DNA of 64,000 nucleotides from Eubacteriales bacterium (GCA_045649925.1 JAZRQS010000004.1:9138-73137), one strand, 5' to 3'; shown: positions 1-9,833, counted from the stretch's first letter. Notes: generated from the letters alone by a model not told the origin. Numbers and translations are program-made.

Positions 1-558
1 CTTGGTGTCGCGATGTACTGAGGGGATGCCCATTTCCAGCAGTGTCTTCATGGTGTAGCCTGCGGGTATTATAGCAGAAGCAGCAATGGCCTCTGCCGCC
101 TTTTTATACGCTATTGCGATGTCGTTATACATCTGCTCGTGAGTCTGGTATCCCAAATTGAGAAGGCTGTTTGAGTCAGCAAGATAGCCCCATGTCTCGT
201 GGATAATTATTCTTGATTTAGGGGAGTACTTTCTGACACAGGCGATTACCTCATCAAGATACGGCTGATAGGAGTCGTAATCCGTCGACAATGAGCTGAC
301 CTGCTGAATGGTTACACAGTCCCAATGAGTCGCAAGAAGAGCCTTCTTTATAGACATATTCAAGGCAGACCATTCTCCGTTTACCTCAAGCACGTATGCC
401 TCTTCGTCGCTTTTCATATTTCTAAAGTGAGTAGATAGGGGGCATCCACCGATGTAGAGATTCCACAGTAAGAAGTGGTTTTTGTCTGCTCTCGCAATTT
501 TGTGTATGTAGCGATGAGCATCCTGTGAAAAGCTGTTTCCTATAGATAAAATATTCAT
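1..558 (-). CDS. DUF4886-like SGNH/GDSL-type hydrolase, tandem paralog of the next gene (3' end cut by window edge)
   Basis: My own translation of the minus strand from the ATG at 558 gives MNILSIGNSFSQDAHRYIHKIARADKNHFLLWNLYIGGCPLSTHF... This is collinear with the 571-1323 protein (same MNILSIGNSFS start, NLYIGGC and IIPAGYTM motifs). It is absent from the ORF track because it runs off the window. Confidence 0.6.
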   Translation of the reverse strand, partial: MNILSIGNSFSQDAHRYIHKIARADKNHFLLWNLYIGGCPLSTHFRNMKSDEEAYVLEVNGEWSALNMSIKKALLATHWDCVTIQQVSSLSTDYDSYQPYLDEVIACVRKYSPKSRIIIHETWGYLADSNSLLNLGYQTHEQMYNDIAIAYKKAAEAIAASAIIPAGYTMKTLLEMGIPSVHRDTK

Positions 559-570
559 CGTCTTTTCTCC

Positions 571-1323
571 TTAAAGTGCGGCGTTTACTTTGTGGCCGTA
601 TTTTGTTACTGCCTCATAGGAAAGGCGTTTTGCGAGCTCGATTTCTTCAGGGCTTGCCTCAGCATCGAAATCAAAGTGCGAGAAATCAATGTTCTTTACA
701 CTTCTTGCCGTCAAGACCTGATACCATGTCAACGCTATGGCAAATTCGCCAAGACTGTTTGCGTGGAAGGTGTCCTTGTGTACTGTCAGCCCCTTCTTTA
801 TCATCGCGTGCATGGTATATCCTGCAGGGATAATACCGTGTGCACCTATTTCCTGTGATGCCTTGTCATAGCAGCCGGCTATCTCACGGAACATATCGTC
901 TCCGTGCTCAAAGCCTACCTTCCCGAGCTTTTCAGAGCCATCCTCGTATTCCCACGTCTGATGTATAAGTATTTTTGCCTTGGGGCAAAGCTCTCTTATA
1001 GCATCTGCGAGTACGGATATGTAGGGCTGATATGTGGCGTAGGAGAAGGATCTCGGACTTGCCTGCTGGAGAGTTACATAATCCCAGTCCATAGCAAGAA
1101 GCGCCTCTTTAATGGATATTTTATGACCTGACTGTATTCCGTTCACGCCAAGCACGTAGGCTTCATCGTCGGTATGGTAGTTGCGAAAATGCCTTGCAAG
1201 GTCGCATCCACCGATATAGAGATTCCATGCCAGAATAGGCTGCTTGTCGTCTCTGCGAGCAATTCTGTGAATGTAGTTGTGGGCATTGACGGAAAAACTA
1301 TTTCCAATAGAAAGAATATTCAT
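571..1323 (-). CDS. DUF4886-like SGNH/GDSL-type hydrolase (uncharacterised)
   Basis: 250-aa ORF. It has an N-terminal GNSFS block (SGNH block I-like) and overall resembles DUF4886 proteins. It is 12 nt downstream of its paralog. Confidence 0.6.
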   Translation of the reverse strand: MNILSIGNSFSVNAHNYIHRIARRDDKQPILAWNLYIGGCDLARHFRNYHTDDEAYVLGVNGIQSGHKISIKEALLAMDWDYVTLQQASPRSFSYATYQPYISVLADAIRELCPKAKILIHQTWEYEDGSEKLGKVGFEHGDDMFREIAGCYDKASQEIGAHGIIPAGYTMHAMIKKGLTVHKDTFHANSLGEFAIALTWYQVLTARSVKNIDFSHFDFDAEASPEEIELAKRLSYEAVTKYGHKVNAAL

Positions 1324-1350
1324 CTTTTGCGTCCCTCTTTATTGTTGTTT

Positions 1351-2118
1351 TTATTGTTTTCCAAAAAGTGATTTCAGGTTGTTGTAGCTGATCTGCATCT
1401 GTTCAAATGCGTCGCCGTATTCCTCCTGCGCATTGTCCTGCTCGACATATATATTTTTCACGCCCGCGGTCTTTGCGACGTCGTAAATGCTTGCAAAATC
1501 AAGAATGCCGTTTCCACAAGCACATATCTTGCCCTTACCCTCGGTGGCCATATCCTTGAAGTGCAGGTTTTCCATTCGAGCGCCACTTATGCGCTTTATG
1601 TATTCTATCGGGTCCTTGCCTGCATATACTACCCAATAAGTGTCAAGGATGAAATGTAGCTCCTTGAATTCCTCGATCGCAAGGTCGAGATAGCAAGCAC
1701 CGCCGATGTCGGTAAACTCGTCTGCATGGTTGTGGTAAGCAAGTGAAAGTCCGGCGTCTGCAATTTTCTTTGCAGGCTCTCTCAGCATATCAAATACTGC
1801 TCTCGCTTTGTCAAGAGTGTCAAACTCCTTGAGTGCTATCTTGCCTATACCGATTTCAGTGCATCCGTAAAGCTTGTGCTCCGTAATAAGCGCATCCGTA
1901 TCCTCTACAATACGCTTGACAGGGGAGTGGGTGGAATGTATGGGCAGACAGTATTTTTTTGACAGCTCTGCAATCTGCGTAGGTGTGACCTCTGCGCCAA
2001 TTCCGGAGAGCTGCACGCACTCGTAACCTATTTTTTTGAGCTTGTCAAAAGTGAGTGAAAGATCCTCGTAATTTTGTGTAAATTGCCTTACCGAATAAAG
2101 CTGCGCTCCGAGTTTCAT
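1351..2118 (-). CDS. sugar phosphate isomerase/epimerase (xylose-isomerase-like TIM barrel)
   Basis: 255-aa ORF with a family-typical MKLGAQLYSVR start and HNH / HFKD metal-site-like motifs. An AGGAG SD lies upstream. Confidence 0.75.
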   Translation of the reverse strand: MKLGAQLYSVRQFTQNYEDLSLTFDKLKKIGYECVQLSGIGAEVTPTQIAELSKKYCLPIHSTHSPVKRIVEDTDALITEHKLYGCTEIGIGKIALKEFDTLDKARAVFDMLREPAKKIADAGLSLAYHNHADEFTDIGGACYLDLAIEEFKELHFILDTYWVVYAGKDPIEYIKRISGARMENLHFKDMATEGKGKICACGNGILDFASIYDVAKTAGVKNIYVEQDNAQEEYGDAFEQMQISYNNLKSLFGKQ

Positions 2119-2226
2119 TAGAGTTCTCCTTTTTTATTTGTGTGAATGAAATCGCCGAAAATGGCGATTATTTTACAAGTACACAAATACATTATAGAAT
2201 ATTCAAGCAAAAATTTCTATTGTTAT

Positions 2227-2248
2227 TATTGCAAATGCTATTGCAAAT
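2227..2248. repeat. tandem direct repeat TATTGCAAAT-gc-TATTGCAAAT in a divergent promoter region (candidate AraC operator)
   Basis: Exact 10-bp repeat at 2227-2236 and 2239-2248, between the divergently oriented isomerase and AraC genes. Confidence 0.3.
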
Positions 2249-2316
2249 CTTGCTCACTTATGATAGAATAAGTATAAAATGTTCTTTATGTGAATCAATC
2301 TTGATTTGGAGACAAT

Positions 2317-3126
2317 ATGGTAAACGGTTTTGATTTTGGAGATGTGAGATTTTGTCACGTATTCGACGAGAAGGCGCAGCAGGAGAATTTCTTCCGACAT
2401 AGCCACGAAACATACGAGATCATCTATGTCATACAGGGAAGTGGTCGCTACGTCGTCGAGGGAAATGAGTGCAAATTATGCAAAAATACTATGATGATAT
2501 TCAGACCAAACGAATACCATTACGTCAGCATTTCGCCCGATCAGGCATACGAGAGATACGTGCTCTATTTTGACAAGAGCTTTTTACAGGGAATATCGGA
2601 AAAGCTCGTGCTCCCCTTTGAAGAAAATCCGCAGAAGCACGGAAACTTTTATTCGGCTGTCGATGTGCCTATGTCAGTATTGCCAATATTTGAAAGGCTT
2701 GGTAGTATTTCTGCGTTGCCTGAAGAGCAGGCGCAGATGCTTGCACGCTTGCTTATAGCGGAGCTTGTGCTCTTGCTCTCGCTCGCTGATCCAAAGACGA
2801 GCACAAAGGAAAACGAGCCGCTCGGCGCGCGAGTTATAAAATATCTTAACGAAAACATTTCCTCTCAGATATCCCTCGATGAGCTGGCAAAAATATTTTA
2901 CGTCAGTAAATATTATCTCTGTCGAGCGTTCAGGGCGTATAATGGTATATCCATCGTTGGCTACCTCAACGGCAAAAGGGCAATGATGGCAAAGGAAATG
3001 ATAGAAAACGGCGAGACTGCGGCAAATGCGGCATTCCGTGTCGGCTTTGGAGATTACTCGTCATTTTACAGAGCCTATAGAAAAGCTCTCGGACATTCCC
3101 CAAAGGAAACTGTGCCCGAAAAGTGA
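2317..3126 (+). CDS. AraC-family transcriptional regulator (cupin-like sensor + C-terminal HTH)
   Basis: 269 aa. The C-terminus has the typical AraC HTH (LDELAKIFYVSKYYLCRAFR ... GFGDYSSFYRAYRK). GGAG SD 7 nt upstream. Confidence 0.85.
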   Translation: MVNGFDFGDVRFCHVFDEKAQQENFFRHSHETYEIIYVIQGSGRYVVEGNECKLCKNTMMIFRPNEYHYVSISPDQAYERYVLYFDKSFLQGISEKLVLPFEENPQKHGNFYSAVDVPMSVLPIFERLGSISALPEEQAQMLARLLIAELVLLLSLADPKTSTKENEPLGARVIKYLNENISSQISLDELAKIFYVSKYYLCRAFRAYNGISIVGYLNGKRAMMAKEMIENGETAANAAFRVGFGDYSSFYRAYRKALGHSPKETVPEK

Positions 3127-3176
3127 TCTTTCAGTCGACTTCTTTATTTACGATAAGCACGCAAGGAATTTAAAAA

Positions 3177-5054
3177 ATGAACTACAGTATTCTTGATAAA
3201 ATAAATAGCCCCGAGGATCTCCGTAGCTTGCCAAAGGAGGAAATTCCTGCTCTTGCAGAAGAGATAAGGAGCTTCCTGATCGAAAAGGTAGAACGCAACG
3301 GAGGACATCTTGCATCAAATCTTGGTGTGGTAGAGCTGTCGCTCGCACTCCATCGTGTGTTTGAAACGCCAAAGGATAGAATTATATGGGACGTAGGTCA
3401 CCAGAGTTATATCCACAAGATAATCACAGGCAGAAAAGATAAGTTTGACCAATTAAGACAAGCAGGTGGACTCTCAGGGTTTACCAGACGTGAGGAGAGC
3501 GAGCACGACTGCTTTGGCGCAGGCCATAGTAGCACCTCGATTTCTGCGGCGCTTGGCTTTGCTGAGGCTGATAAGCTTTCGGGAAATAACGCCTATACTG
3601 TCGCTGTTATAGGTGACGGCGCTTTTACAGGTGGAATGGTGCACGAGGCGCTCAACAACTGCAGTAAGGATTTAAAGCTTATAATAATCCTCAATGAAAA
3701 CGAGATGTCTATATCGAAAAATATAGGCGGGTTTGCAAAATATATTGCCCACGTAAGAGCGAGCCGTCGCTATTTGAAAACCAAAAAGCGCACCGCCTCG
3801 TTTTTGAAAAAAATCCCTCTTCTCGGAAACGCTCTCTACTGCGCTGTGCGAGATACGAAGCAATGGTTTAAGAACATTCTGTATGCGAGCAATTACTTTG
3901 AAGAGCTTGGTTTGTTCTACATCGGTCCCGTTGATGGAAACGATTTTGCCCTTGTGGAAACACTTTTGCAGGAGGCAAAACAGAAGGGCGAGAGTGTAAT
4001 AATACATCTCAAAACGCAAAAAGGAAAGGGTTATTTGCAGGCAGAAGAAAATCCCAACCTTTATCATAGTGTCTATGTCAATACAGGGGAGGAAAAAAGA
4101 TTTCCTGAGGTGTTCGGTGAAGAGCTGATAAAAATAGCCGAGCGAGACGAAAAGGTCTGCGCTATAACGGCGGCTATGGCAGATGGCACAGGGCTCTTTG
4201 AGTTTTCACAAAAATTCCCCCAGCGCTTTTTCGATGTAGGAATTGCAGAGGAGCATGCGCTCACATTCGGGGCAGGTCTCGCCGCCGCAGGAATGAAGCC
4301 GTACTTTGCAGTGTATTCTACGTTCTTGCAGAGAGGATACGACAACCTGCTTCACGACGTTGCGTTACAGCGACTTCCTGTCAGGATTTGTGTTGACAGA
4401 GCAGGTCTTGCTACCTCTGACGGCGCAACACATCACGGAATATTTGATGTGGCATTTGCCTCTCACATTCCCGAAGTGGAGATATATTCCCCCTCATGCT
4501 TTGGCTCGTTGCGCACTGTTATGGAAGCCACAAAGGACAGTCAATGTCCTGTGTTGATAAGATATTCCAACATTCCCGACAACGAAGAGATAAATAATGA
4601 GTTCTATAGCGATGGCAATTTTGACAAGGTATGCGCACTTGCTGACACTTCTGCAAGCGATGCAGATATAGTTATTGTTACCTACGGTCGTGTCGTCAAA
4701 GAGGCGTTGAAAGCGAAACAAGCACTTGCGCGTCAAGGGAAAAGGGTAGCTGTTATTCTTGCAGAAAAGCTGAAGCCGTATAGCGATTTTGCAAGGTGTG
4801 TGGCAAGCATGCTCCCGAAAAAATGCACACTTGTGTTTCTTGAGGAGGGAATATATTACGGAGGAGCAGGTATGCTGCTTCGTGAGGAGCTTTCCCGACT
4901 TGACGGATTTGATTTCAACGAAAGAATTTCACACTACAAAATATTCGCCATTGATGATGATTTTGCCGTCCCCGAGAAAAACGTCAATTATTATGAGTGG
5001 TGTGGCATAAGCGCAGGGGATATAGAAAAATATATCCTTGAAAATAATATTTAA
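3177..5054 (+). CDS. dxs: 1-deoxy-D-xylulose-5-phosphate synthase
   Basis: 625 aa. N-terminus LLDKINSPEDLR, GGHLASNLGVVELSLALH, the DVGHQSY motif and the TPP-binding GDGAFTGGM motif. Confidence 0.95.
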   Translation: MNYSILDKINSPEDLRSLPKEEIPALAEEIRSFLIEKVERNGGHLASNLGVVELSLALHRVFETPKDRIIWDVGHQSYIHKIITGRKDKFDQLRQAGGLSGFTRREESEHDCFGAGHSSTSISAALGFAEADKLSGNNAYTVAVIGDGAFTGGMVHEALNNCSKDLKLIIILNENEMSISKNIGGFAKYIAHVRASRRYLKTKKRTASFLKKIPLLGNALYCAVRDTKQWFKNILYASNYFEELGLFYIGPVDGNDFALVETLLQEAKQKGESVIIHLKTQKGKGYLQAEENPNLYHSVYVNTGEEKRFPEVFGEELIKIAERDEKVCAITAAMADGTGLFEFSQKFPQRFFDVGIAEEHALTFGAGLAAAGMKPYFAVYSTFLQRGYDNLLHDVALQRLPVRICVDRAGLATSDGATHHGIFDVAFASHIPEVEIYSPSCFGSLRTVMEATKDSQCPVLIRYSNIPDNEEINNEFYSDGNFDKVCALADTSASDADIVIVTYGRVVKEALKAKQALARQGKRVAVILAEKLKPYSDFARCVASMLPKKCTLVFLEEGIYYGGAGMLLREELSRLDGFDFNERISHYKIFAIDDDFAVPEKNVNYYEWCGISAGDIEKYILENNI

Positions 5055-5068
5055 TTTTTGTAAAAAAA

Positions 5069-5109
5069 GAGACTAACAGGTTATTTACGCCCGATTAGTC
5101 TCCTTTTTT
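5069..5109 (+). terminator. putative rho-independent terminator after dxs
   Basis: GAGACTAA (5069-5076) pairs with TTAGTCTC (5095-5102) and is followed by a T6 run. The 18-nt loop lowers confidence. Confidence 0.5.
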
Positions 5110-5214
5110 GCTTTTTATACCTTTCTTTCAAAATATTTTGCAGTTACTTTTTCGAATGTAAGGAGTATAATATTAATATGATAATATGTATGCATTTTTG
5201 AAAGGTAGGTAACA

Positions 5215-5820
5215 ATGGAACTCATATTGATAAGTGACACCAAGCTCAAGGTTATGCTAAGTGCGACAGATATGCAGAAATATGAGCTTGATAATAATAC
5301 AATAGACTACGACAATACGGAGACACGCAGGGCATTCTGGCAGATACTCGATGAGGCAAAGCACAAGACGGGCTTCGATGCCGCAAGCGACAAGGTGTTT
5401 ATACAGGTGTATCCCTCTCGTGGAGGTGGATGCGAGATGTACGTAACCAAGCTCGGTGCGCAGAAGATAGGTGAGGAGCACCACGAGAGCAAAAGAAAAA
5501 ATACATATTCAGTTCTTCGGGGAAAAACAAGTATATATCGCTTCGAGAGCATCGACGACGTTATATGTGTATGTAAGCGCCTGCGGGCGCTCGGCTACTC
5601 TTTTGAGAGTGGACTTTATCGCGCCCGTGACGGAGGCTACGACCTCGTGCTTTATGAAAAGCTCTTGAACAGCGCCTTGCCTGGTCACGCTATTACGGAA
5701 TATAGCTTTATAGACGAATTTGCCACGCGCAGACATGGGATAATAGAGCTCGCCTACATAAAAGAACACAGCGAGTGTATAGAGAATACACACGCTGTGG
5801 AAAGAATGTCTGATTTGTAG
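5215..5820 (+). CDS. mecA: MecA-like adaptor protein
   Basis: 201 aa. The N-terminus follows the MecA pattern seen in B. subtilis MecA (ME..I...T.K..LS..D......I.Y.......FW..LDE ... IQV ... VTK). Confidence 0.65.
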   Translation: MELILISDTKLKVMLSATDMQKYELDNNTIDYDNTETRRAFWQILDEAKHKTGFDAASDKVFIQVYPSRGGGCEMYVTKLGAQKIGEEHHESKRKNTYSVLRGKTSIYRFESIDDVICVCKRLRALGYSFESGLYRARDGGYDLVLYEKLLNSALPGHAITEYSFIDEFATRRHGIIELAYIKEHSECIENTHAVERMSDL

Positions 5821-5850
5821 GGGTCACATAAGACTGTCGCTCTCTTGCGA

Positions 5851-7248
5851 TTATCTTCGCAAAAGGAATTTGACTGTCTTGAATAGCGCAGAGAAGTTCA
5901 GCACGCATATCGCCACGACAAGTATCGCTTGAGTGAGAAGCGTGTGGGGCGCATCGGAAAGTATAAAAGCGCATTGCAATACGAGAATGAGCGTGTTCAA
6001 TACAAGGGTGGGTATATTCATATTGAATTTGATATATCTCCTTGTCTGGAACGCTCGTATTATGAATACTACAAAGTAGCTCGCAAAAGTGGCGATAGCC
6101 GCTCCGTTTGCGCCAAGCTCTGTAGGAATAAGCAAAAGATTGAGTATGATGTTGAGTGCGGCACCGACAAATGCTGTATAAAATGACATCATGCTCTTTT
6201 TTTCCATAAGGTATATAACGCCCATAAACGTGACAAGCGAGGAATATACAGTCGCAAGCGCAAGTATGGGGATATATCTCCACGAGGTGTAGTATGACTG
6301 GTCAGCCATTATTCTCGTGGCTATCTTTGAAAAGGCGATGAGAAATGCGCCTGTCACAAACATAAGTGACTGGAAGTTGGTAAACGTGACAGAGAAGAAT
6401 TGCGAGTGCTCCTTGTCTCCTGCCGACCTTTCCTTGACGGCAGAAAACTGCCATGCCTCTATGAATATTCCCGACACGAGAGTAAGCATGGTGGGTATCT
6501 TGTACGATACTGTATAAAGACCTGTCACAGAAGCGTCTATCATTTCCATAAGCATATATCTGTCAGCGACATTCGTTATCCACCACAGGATAGTGGTAGG
6601 TATAAGAGGTATGCTATACGCCAGCATGCGCTTGAGCGTTGCCACCTTTATAGCTGACACGTCGAGCTCGCGCCAGAGTCTTGCCCACACGAAAATGATT
6701 ATAGCGCAGACAAAATCGGAAATTACGATAGACAGCACGTATCCCGTTATTCCCATATCGAACACGAGTAAGAAAAGCAGATTGAGCGATATGATTATGA
6801 GTGTGCCTATTATTCCTTTCAGCGCAAAGAGTTTCATCATTCCCTTGGAGCGTACGTATTGGGCACACACCGAGTTAAGACAGGAGGAGATAACGTACAG
6901 CACGATAAGAAGTCCGTACCCTTGTACCATATCTATCATATTGATAAATGGCGTCAGAAGTGCAAAAATCACACCGTTTGCGATTATCAGGGCAAGACCT
7001 GATGAGAATACGCCCTTGCTGTTTTTCTCGTCGTCCATAGCGAGACGGAAAATAGCCTCAAAAAGTCCGAGCGAGAGCACGGGAATGAGTAGATTTGCCG
7101 TCTGGGTTATAATGTCAGCGACACCATATTCCTCAGTAGAAAGGCATGCGGTGTAAAAGCGCACGAGGAAAAACACGAGTAGCTTCGAGCTGAACGTTCC
7201 TATACCGAGTATAGTGGTGTTTGAAATAAGCCGTTTGTATTTGTCCAT
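5851..7248 (-). CDS. MOP-superfamily oligosaccharide/polysaccharide flippase (Wzx-like)
   Basis: 465 aa, polytopic membrane protein. The N-terminus NTTILGIGTFSSKLLVFFLVRFYT is typical of polysaccharide biosynthesis/flippase proteins. Confidence 0.8.
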   Translation of the reverse strand: MDKYKRLISNTTILGIGTFSSKLLVFFLVRFYTACLSTEEYGVADIITQTANLLIPVLSLGLFEAIFRLAMDDEKNSKGVFSSGLALIIANGVIFALLTPFINMIDMVQGYGLLIVLYVISSCLNSVCAQYVRSKGMMKLFALKGIIGTLIIISLNLLFLLVFDMGITGYVLSIVISDFVCAIIIFVWARLWRELDVSAIKVATLKRMLAYSIPLIPTTILWWITNVADRYMLMEMIDASVTGLYTVSYKIPTMLTLVSGIFIEAWQFSAVKERSAGDKEHSQFFSVTFTNFQSLMFVTGAFLIAFSKIATRIMADQSYYTSWRYIPILALATVYSSLVTFMGVIYLMEKKSMMSFYTAFVGAALNIILNLLLIPTELGANGAAIATFASYFVVFIIRAFQTRRYIKFNMNIPTLVLNTLILVLQCAFILSDAPHTLLTQAILVVAICVLNFSALFKTVKFLLRR

Positions 7249-7386
7249 ATTTTTGTGTTTGGTTTCTCCGATAGGATTTTTAGATAATATAAGACCTTGT
7301 GTAGTGACACGATAAAGCCTTATAAAAGCCTTATGCTTATAGCCTTGTTAATTAAAGGCACACCGGAAAGTGTGCCTTATGTATAA

Positions 7387-7839
7387 TTATTTCTGTGTCT
7401 TTTCTATGTCAGTTATCATATCTACTCTCACCTTGTGGCGTCCGCCCTCAAATTCTGATGAGAGGAAGAGATCTACTATATCCTTTGCAAGTCCGGGACC
7501 TATTACTCTTGCGCCCATGCAGAGCACGTTTGCATCATTGTGCATGCGTGTCATTCTTGCGCTGAATGTGTCTCCGCAAACTGCGGCTCTGATGCCGTCA
7601 TACTTGTTTGCCGCCATGCTCATTCCGATGCCTGTACCACATACGAGAATACCGAGAGAGGTGTCAAGCTCTGCTTGTACGCTCTTTGCTACAGCACTTG
7701 CAAATTCGGGGTAATGGCAGGACTCGGAGCTATTTGTGCCACAGTCAACTACCTCGTATCCCTTTCCGCCTATGTATGCGATGAGCTCCTCTTTAAGCTC
7801 GTAGCCTGCTGAATCTGCGCCTATGTAAATCTTTTTCAT
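7387..7839 (-). CDS. rpiB: ribose-5-phosphate isomerase B
   Basis: The start was moved to the internal ATG at 7839 (MKKIYIGADSAGYELK...), with a GGAG SD upstream. It has the LacAB_rpiB motif CGTGIGMSMAANK. The longer track ORF (to 8052) overlaps tsaB. Confidence 0.92.
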   Translation of the reverse strand: MKKIYIGADSAGYELKEELIAYIGGKGYEVVDCGTNSSESCHYPEFASAVAKSVQAELDTSLGILVCGTGIGMSMAANKYDGIRAAVCGDTFSARMTRMHNDANVLCMGARVIGPGLAKDIVDLFLSSEFEGGRHKVRVDMITDIEKTQK

Positions 7840-7876
7840 TTTATATCTCCTGTTTTTTATATATGATTTGTGTTTT

Positions 7877-8590
7877 TTACTGCTTGCTTTCCATACGCTC
7901 GAGTCGCTCTCTTTCGGCAGAGGGCATGCGCAGGTAGGTGGGCGAGAGGGAAGTGTCTGTTGCGAGTGTGCCATCATTGTAGCTACGGAGAGCGCACTTG
8001 GCGACCGAAACTGCATTTTGCGGTATGAGGGCATCGGGGGTGTCGGGCGCATCGATATCCTTCATTGACTGATGGTTTTTTACGACCGAGTATCCGTCGC
8101 CTGAGAGATAGATCTTCTCGCCTTGGTAGGATTTTTTAAGCTCGTCTGCCAATTCCTCTATAGAAATCGCTCTATCCTCTGTAAGTCTTACAAGGCGATC
8201 ACCCTCACGCTTGAAGAGTGCGTTATAAACTTGATTCCTTCTCGCGTCCATTACAGGACAGTATATGCCGTCGAGAGGGAAGAGATTCTGCGCAAGCGAT
8301 TCAAGCGTTGACACAGATGCGCAGGGAATATTCTTGCCGAATGCCAGTCCCTTTATGACCGATGCACCTATGCGCACGCCTGTAAAAGAGCCGGGCCCTA
8401 CATTGCATGCGAAAAGCTCTACGTCAGAGATGGATAGCGATGCTCTTTTGAGGCAGTCCTCTGCCATGGGCAAAAGGATTTCGCTATGCGTCATTCCGTT
8501 ATCACAGCTAAACGAGGCGAGCGTCTTGCCACCGTCGCATACTGCGGCACACGCTACCTTTGCGGTGCTGTCAAGAGCAAGTATTATCAT
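7877..8590 (-). CDS. tsaB: tRNA t6A37 biosynthesis protein TsaB
   Basis: 237 aa. The start MIILALDSTAKVACAAV is typical of TsaB/YeaZ. It overlaps the tsaE stop by 4 nt. Confidence 0.9.
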   Translation of the reverse strand: MIILALDSTAKVACAAVCDGGKTLASFSCDNGMTHSEILLPMAEDCLKRASLSISDVELFACNVGPGSFTGVRIGASVIKGLAFGKNIPCASVSTLESLAQNLFPLDGIYCPVMDARRNQVYNALFKREGDRLVRLTEDRAISIEELADELKKSYQGEKIYLSGDGYSVVKNHQSMKDIDAPDTPDALIPQNAVSVAKCALRSYNDGTLATDTSLSPTYLRMPSAERERLERMESKQ

Positions 8591-9027
8591 AACGATTCTA
8601 TCTCCTTTAAGGTGATTATCCTTTGCTCCTCTGAATTTTGAGTTCTCGCTATGTTGACTGTCAAGGCATCATCAGGGATAAATTCCGTAATGTTTTCACT
8701 CCACTCGCAAAGGCAAAAGCCCTTTTGCTCAAGGTAGTCGTAAAAGCCTATTGATATCAGGTCGTCCTCGCTTTCCACTCTGTACATATCAAAATGGAAA
8801 ATAGGAAAATCACCACGTCTGTATTCATTTACTATAGTGTACGTAGGGCTCTTTACACCGCTTGTGTTGAGAGCAGAGCAAAAGCCTCGTACAAATGCAG
8901 TCTTGCCCACGCCCATCTCACCAAAAAGAGAGATAAATGAGGGGATTTTGTTTTCATTCACAAGATGGAGTGCCAGCCTTTTGCCGAGTTCCTCGGTTTC
9001 CATCGGGGAGTTTGTAGTAATTTCCAT
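8587..9027 (-). CDS. tsaE: tRNA t6A37 biosynthesis ATPase TsaE
   Basis: 146 aa with Walker A GEMGVGKT and the typical SPTYTIVNEY motif. Confidence 0.9.
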   Translation of the reverse strand: MEITTNSPMETEELGKRLALHLVNENKIPSFISLFGEMGVGKTAFVRGFCSALNTSGVKSPTYTIVNEYRRGDFPIFHFDMYRVESEDDLISIGFYDYLEQKGFCLCEWSENITEFIPDDALTVNIARTQNSEEQRIITLKEIESL

Positions 9028-9036
9028 ACGCCACCA

Positions 9037-9780
9037 TCAGTCCTGACTCGCAGGCTCATTTGATTTGAAGCGGAACTTGTTTTCTTCACCCTTACTAAGT
9101 CTTGCAATATTCGTTCTGTGACAGAAGATTATCACAAGCCCGATGAGGGCGCATATTCCCGTAATTGCAGGATTGTTAGACTCAAGAATGTTCATACTCG
9201 CCTGTACAGTGAAGGGGAGGAAGAACGATATAGCTATAGAGCCTACGGAAATGTATTTCGTCATAGCCACAAGTGCGACAAATACAAAGAGCAGCAAAAG
9301 GAAAACAAACGGAGCGAGCACAAGCACTGCCGCTGAAGCGCTCAACACGCCCTTGCCGCCCTTGAAGCCGTAGAATATTGGCTTGATATGACCTATCATA
9401 CAGAAGAATGCGCTGAGATAGCATATAGGCTGATATGAAAGACCACCCTCATAGAGAAAACCGAAGAAGAATGCAGTAATGAGGACAGATATGATAGCCT
9501 TTAAAATATCTCCCGCAAGAGTGAAGCCTGCCGCCTTTACTCCATATGTGCGATAGATGTTTGTCAGTCCTGCATTTCCACTTCCGTGAGTGCGGACATC
9601 CTCCTTGTATAATGCTCGTGAAACTATTATTCCCGTATTGATGCTGCCAAGCAGATATGCCACTATCATACAAGCGGCGATACAAATCAGATATATAACT
9701 GACTGGGATTGATTTAAGACAAACTCATTCTGGCTCAAATCAATGCCAAACGATTTTACAAGATATCCGTATTGAAACAT
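9037..9780 (-). CDS. plsY: glycerol-3-phosphate acyltransferase PlsY
   Basis: 247 aa with AYLLGSINTG, HGSGNAGLTN and GGKGV motifs. It carries a roughly 25-aa N-terminal extension relative to typical PlsY, so the start is not certain. Confidence 0.85.
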   Translation of the reverse strand: MFQYGYLVKSFGIDLSQNEFVLNQSQSVIYLICIAACMIVAYLLGSINTGIIVSRALYKEDVRTHGSGNAGLTNIYRTYGVKAAGFTLAGDILKAIISVLITAFFFGFLYEGGLSYQPICYLSAFFCMIGHIKPIFYGFKGGKGVLSASAAVLVLAPFVFLLLLFVFVALVAMTKYISVGSIAISFFLPFTVQASMNILESNNPAITGICALIGLVIIFCHRTNIARLSKGEENKFRFKSNEPASQD

Positions 9781-9833
9781 AAATTCTCCATATCTCCGTA
9801 ATCATGTTTAGATAATATTTTATATACTACATT

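Noticed and set aside
5708-6283. 191-aa minus-strand ORF overlapping the mecA end and the flippase gene in another frame.
   Set aside because: It is out of frame with the well-supported 465-aa flippase ORF on the same strand and is Cys/His/Arg-rich. It is not a plausible protein.
7840-8052. N-terminal 71-codon extension of the rpiB ORF in the track.
   Set aside because: The extension overlaps tsaB and is not RpiB-like. The internal ATG at 7839 has a GGAG SD and gives the canonical MKKIYIGADSAG start.
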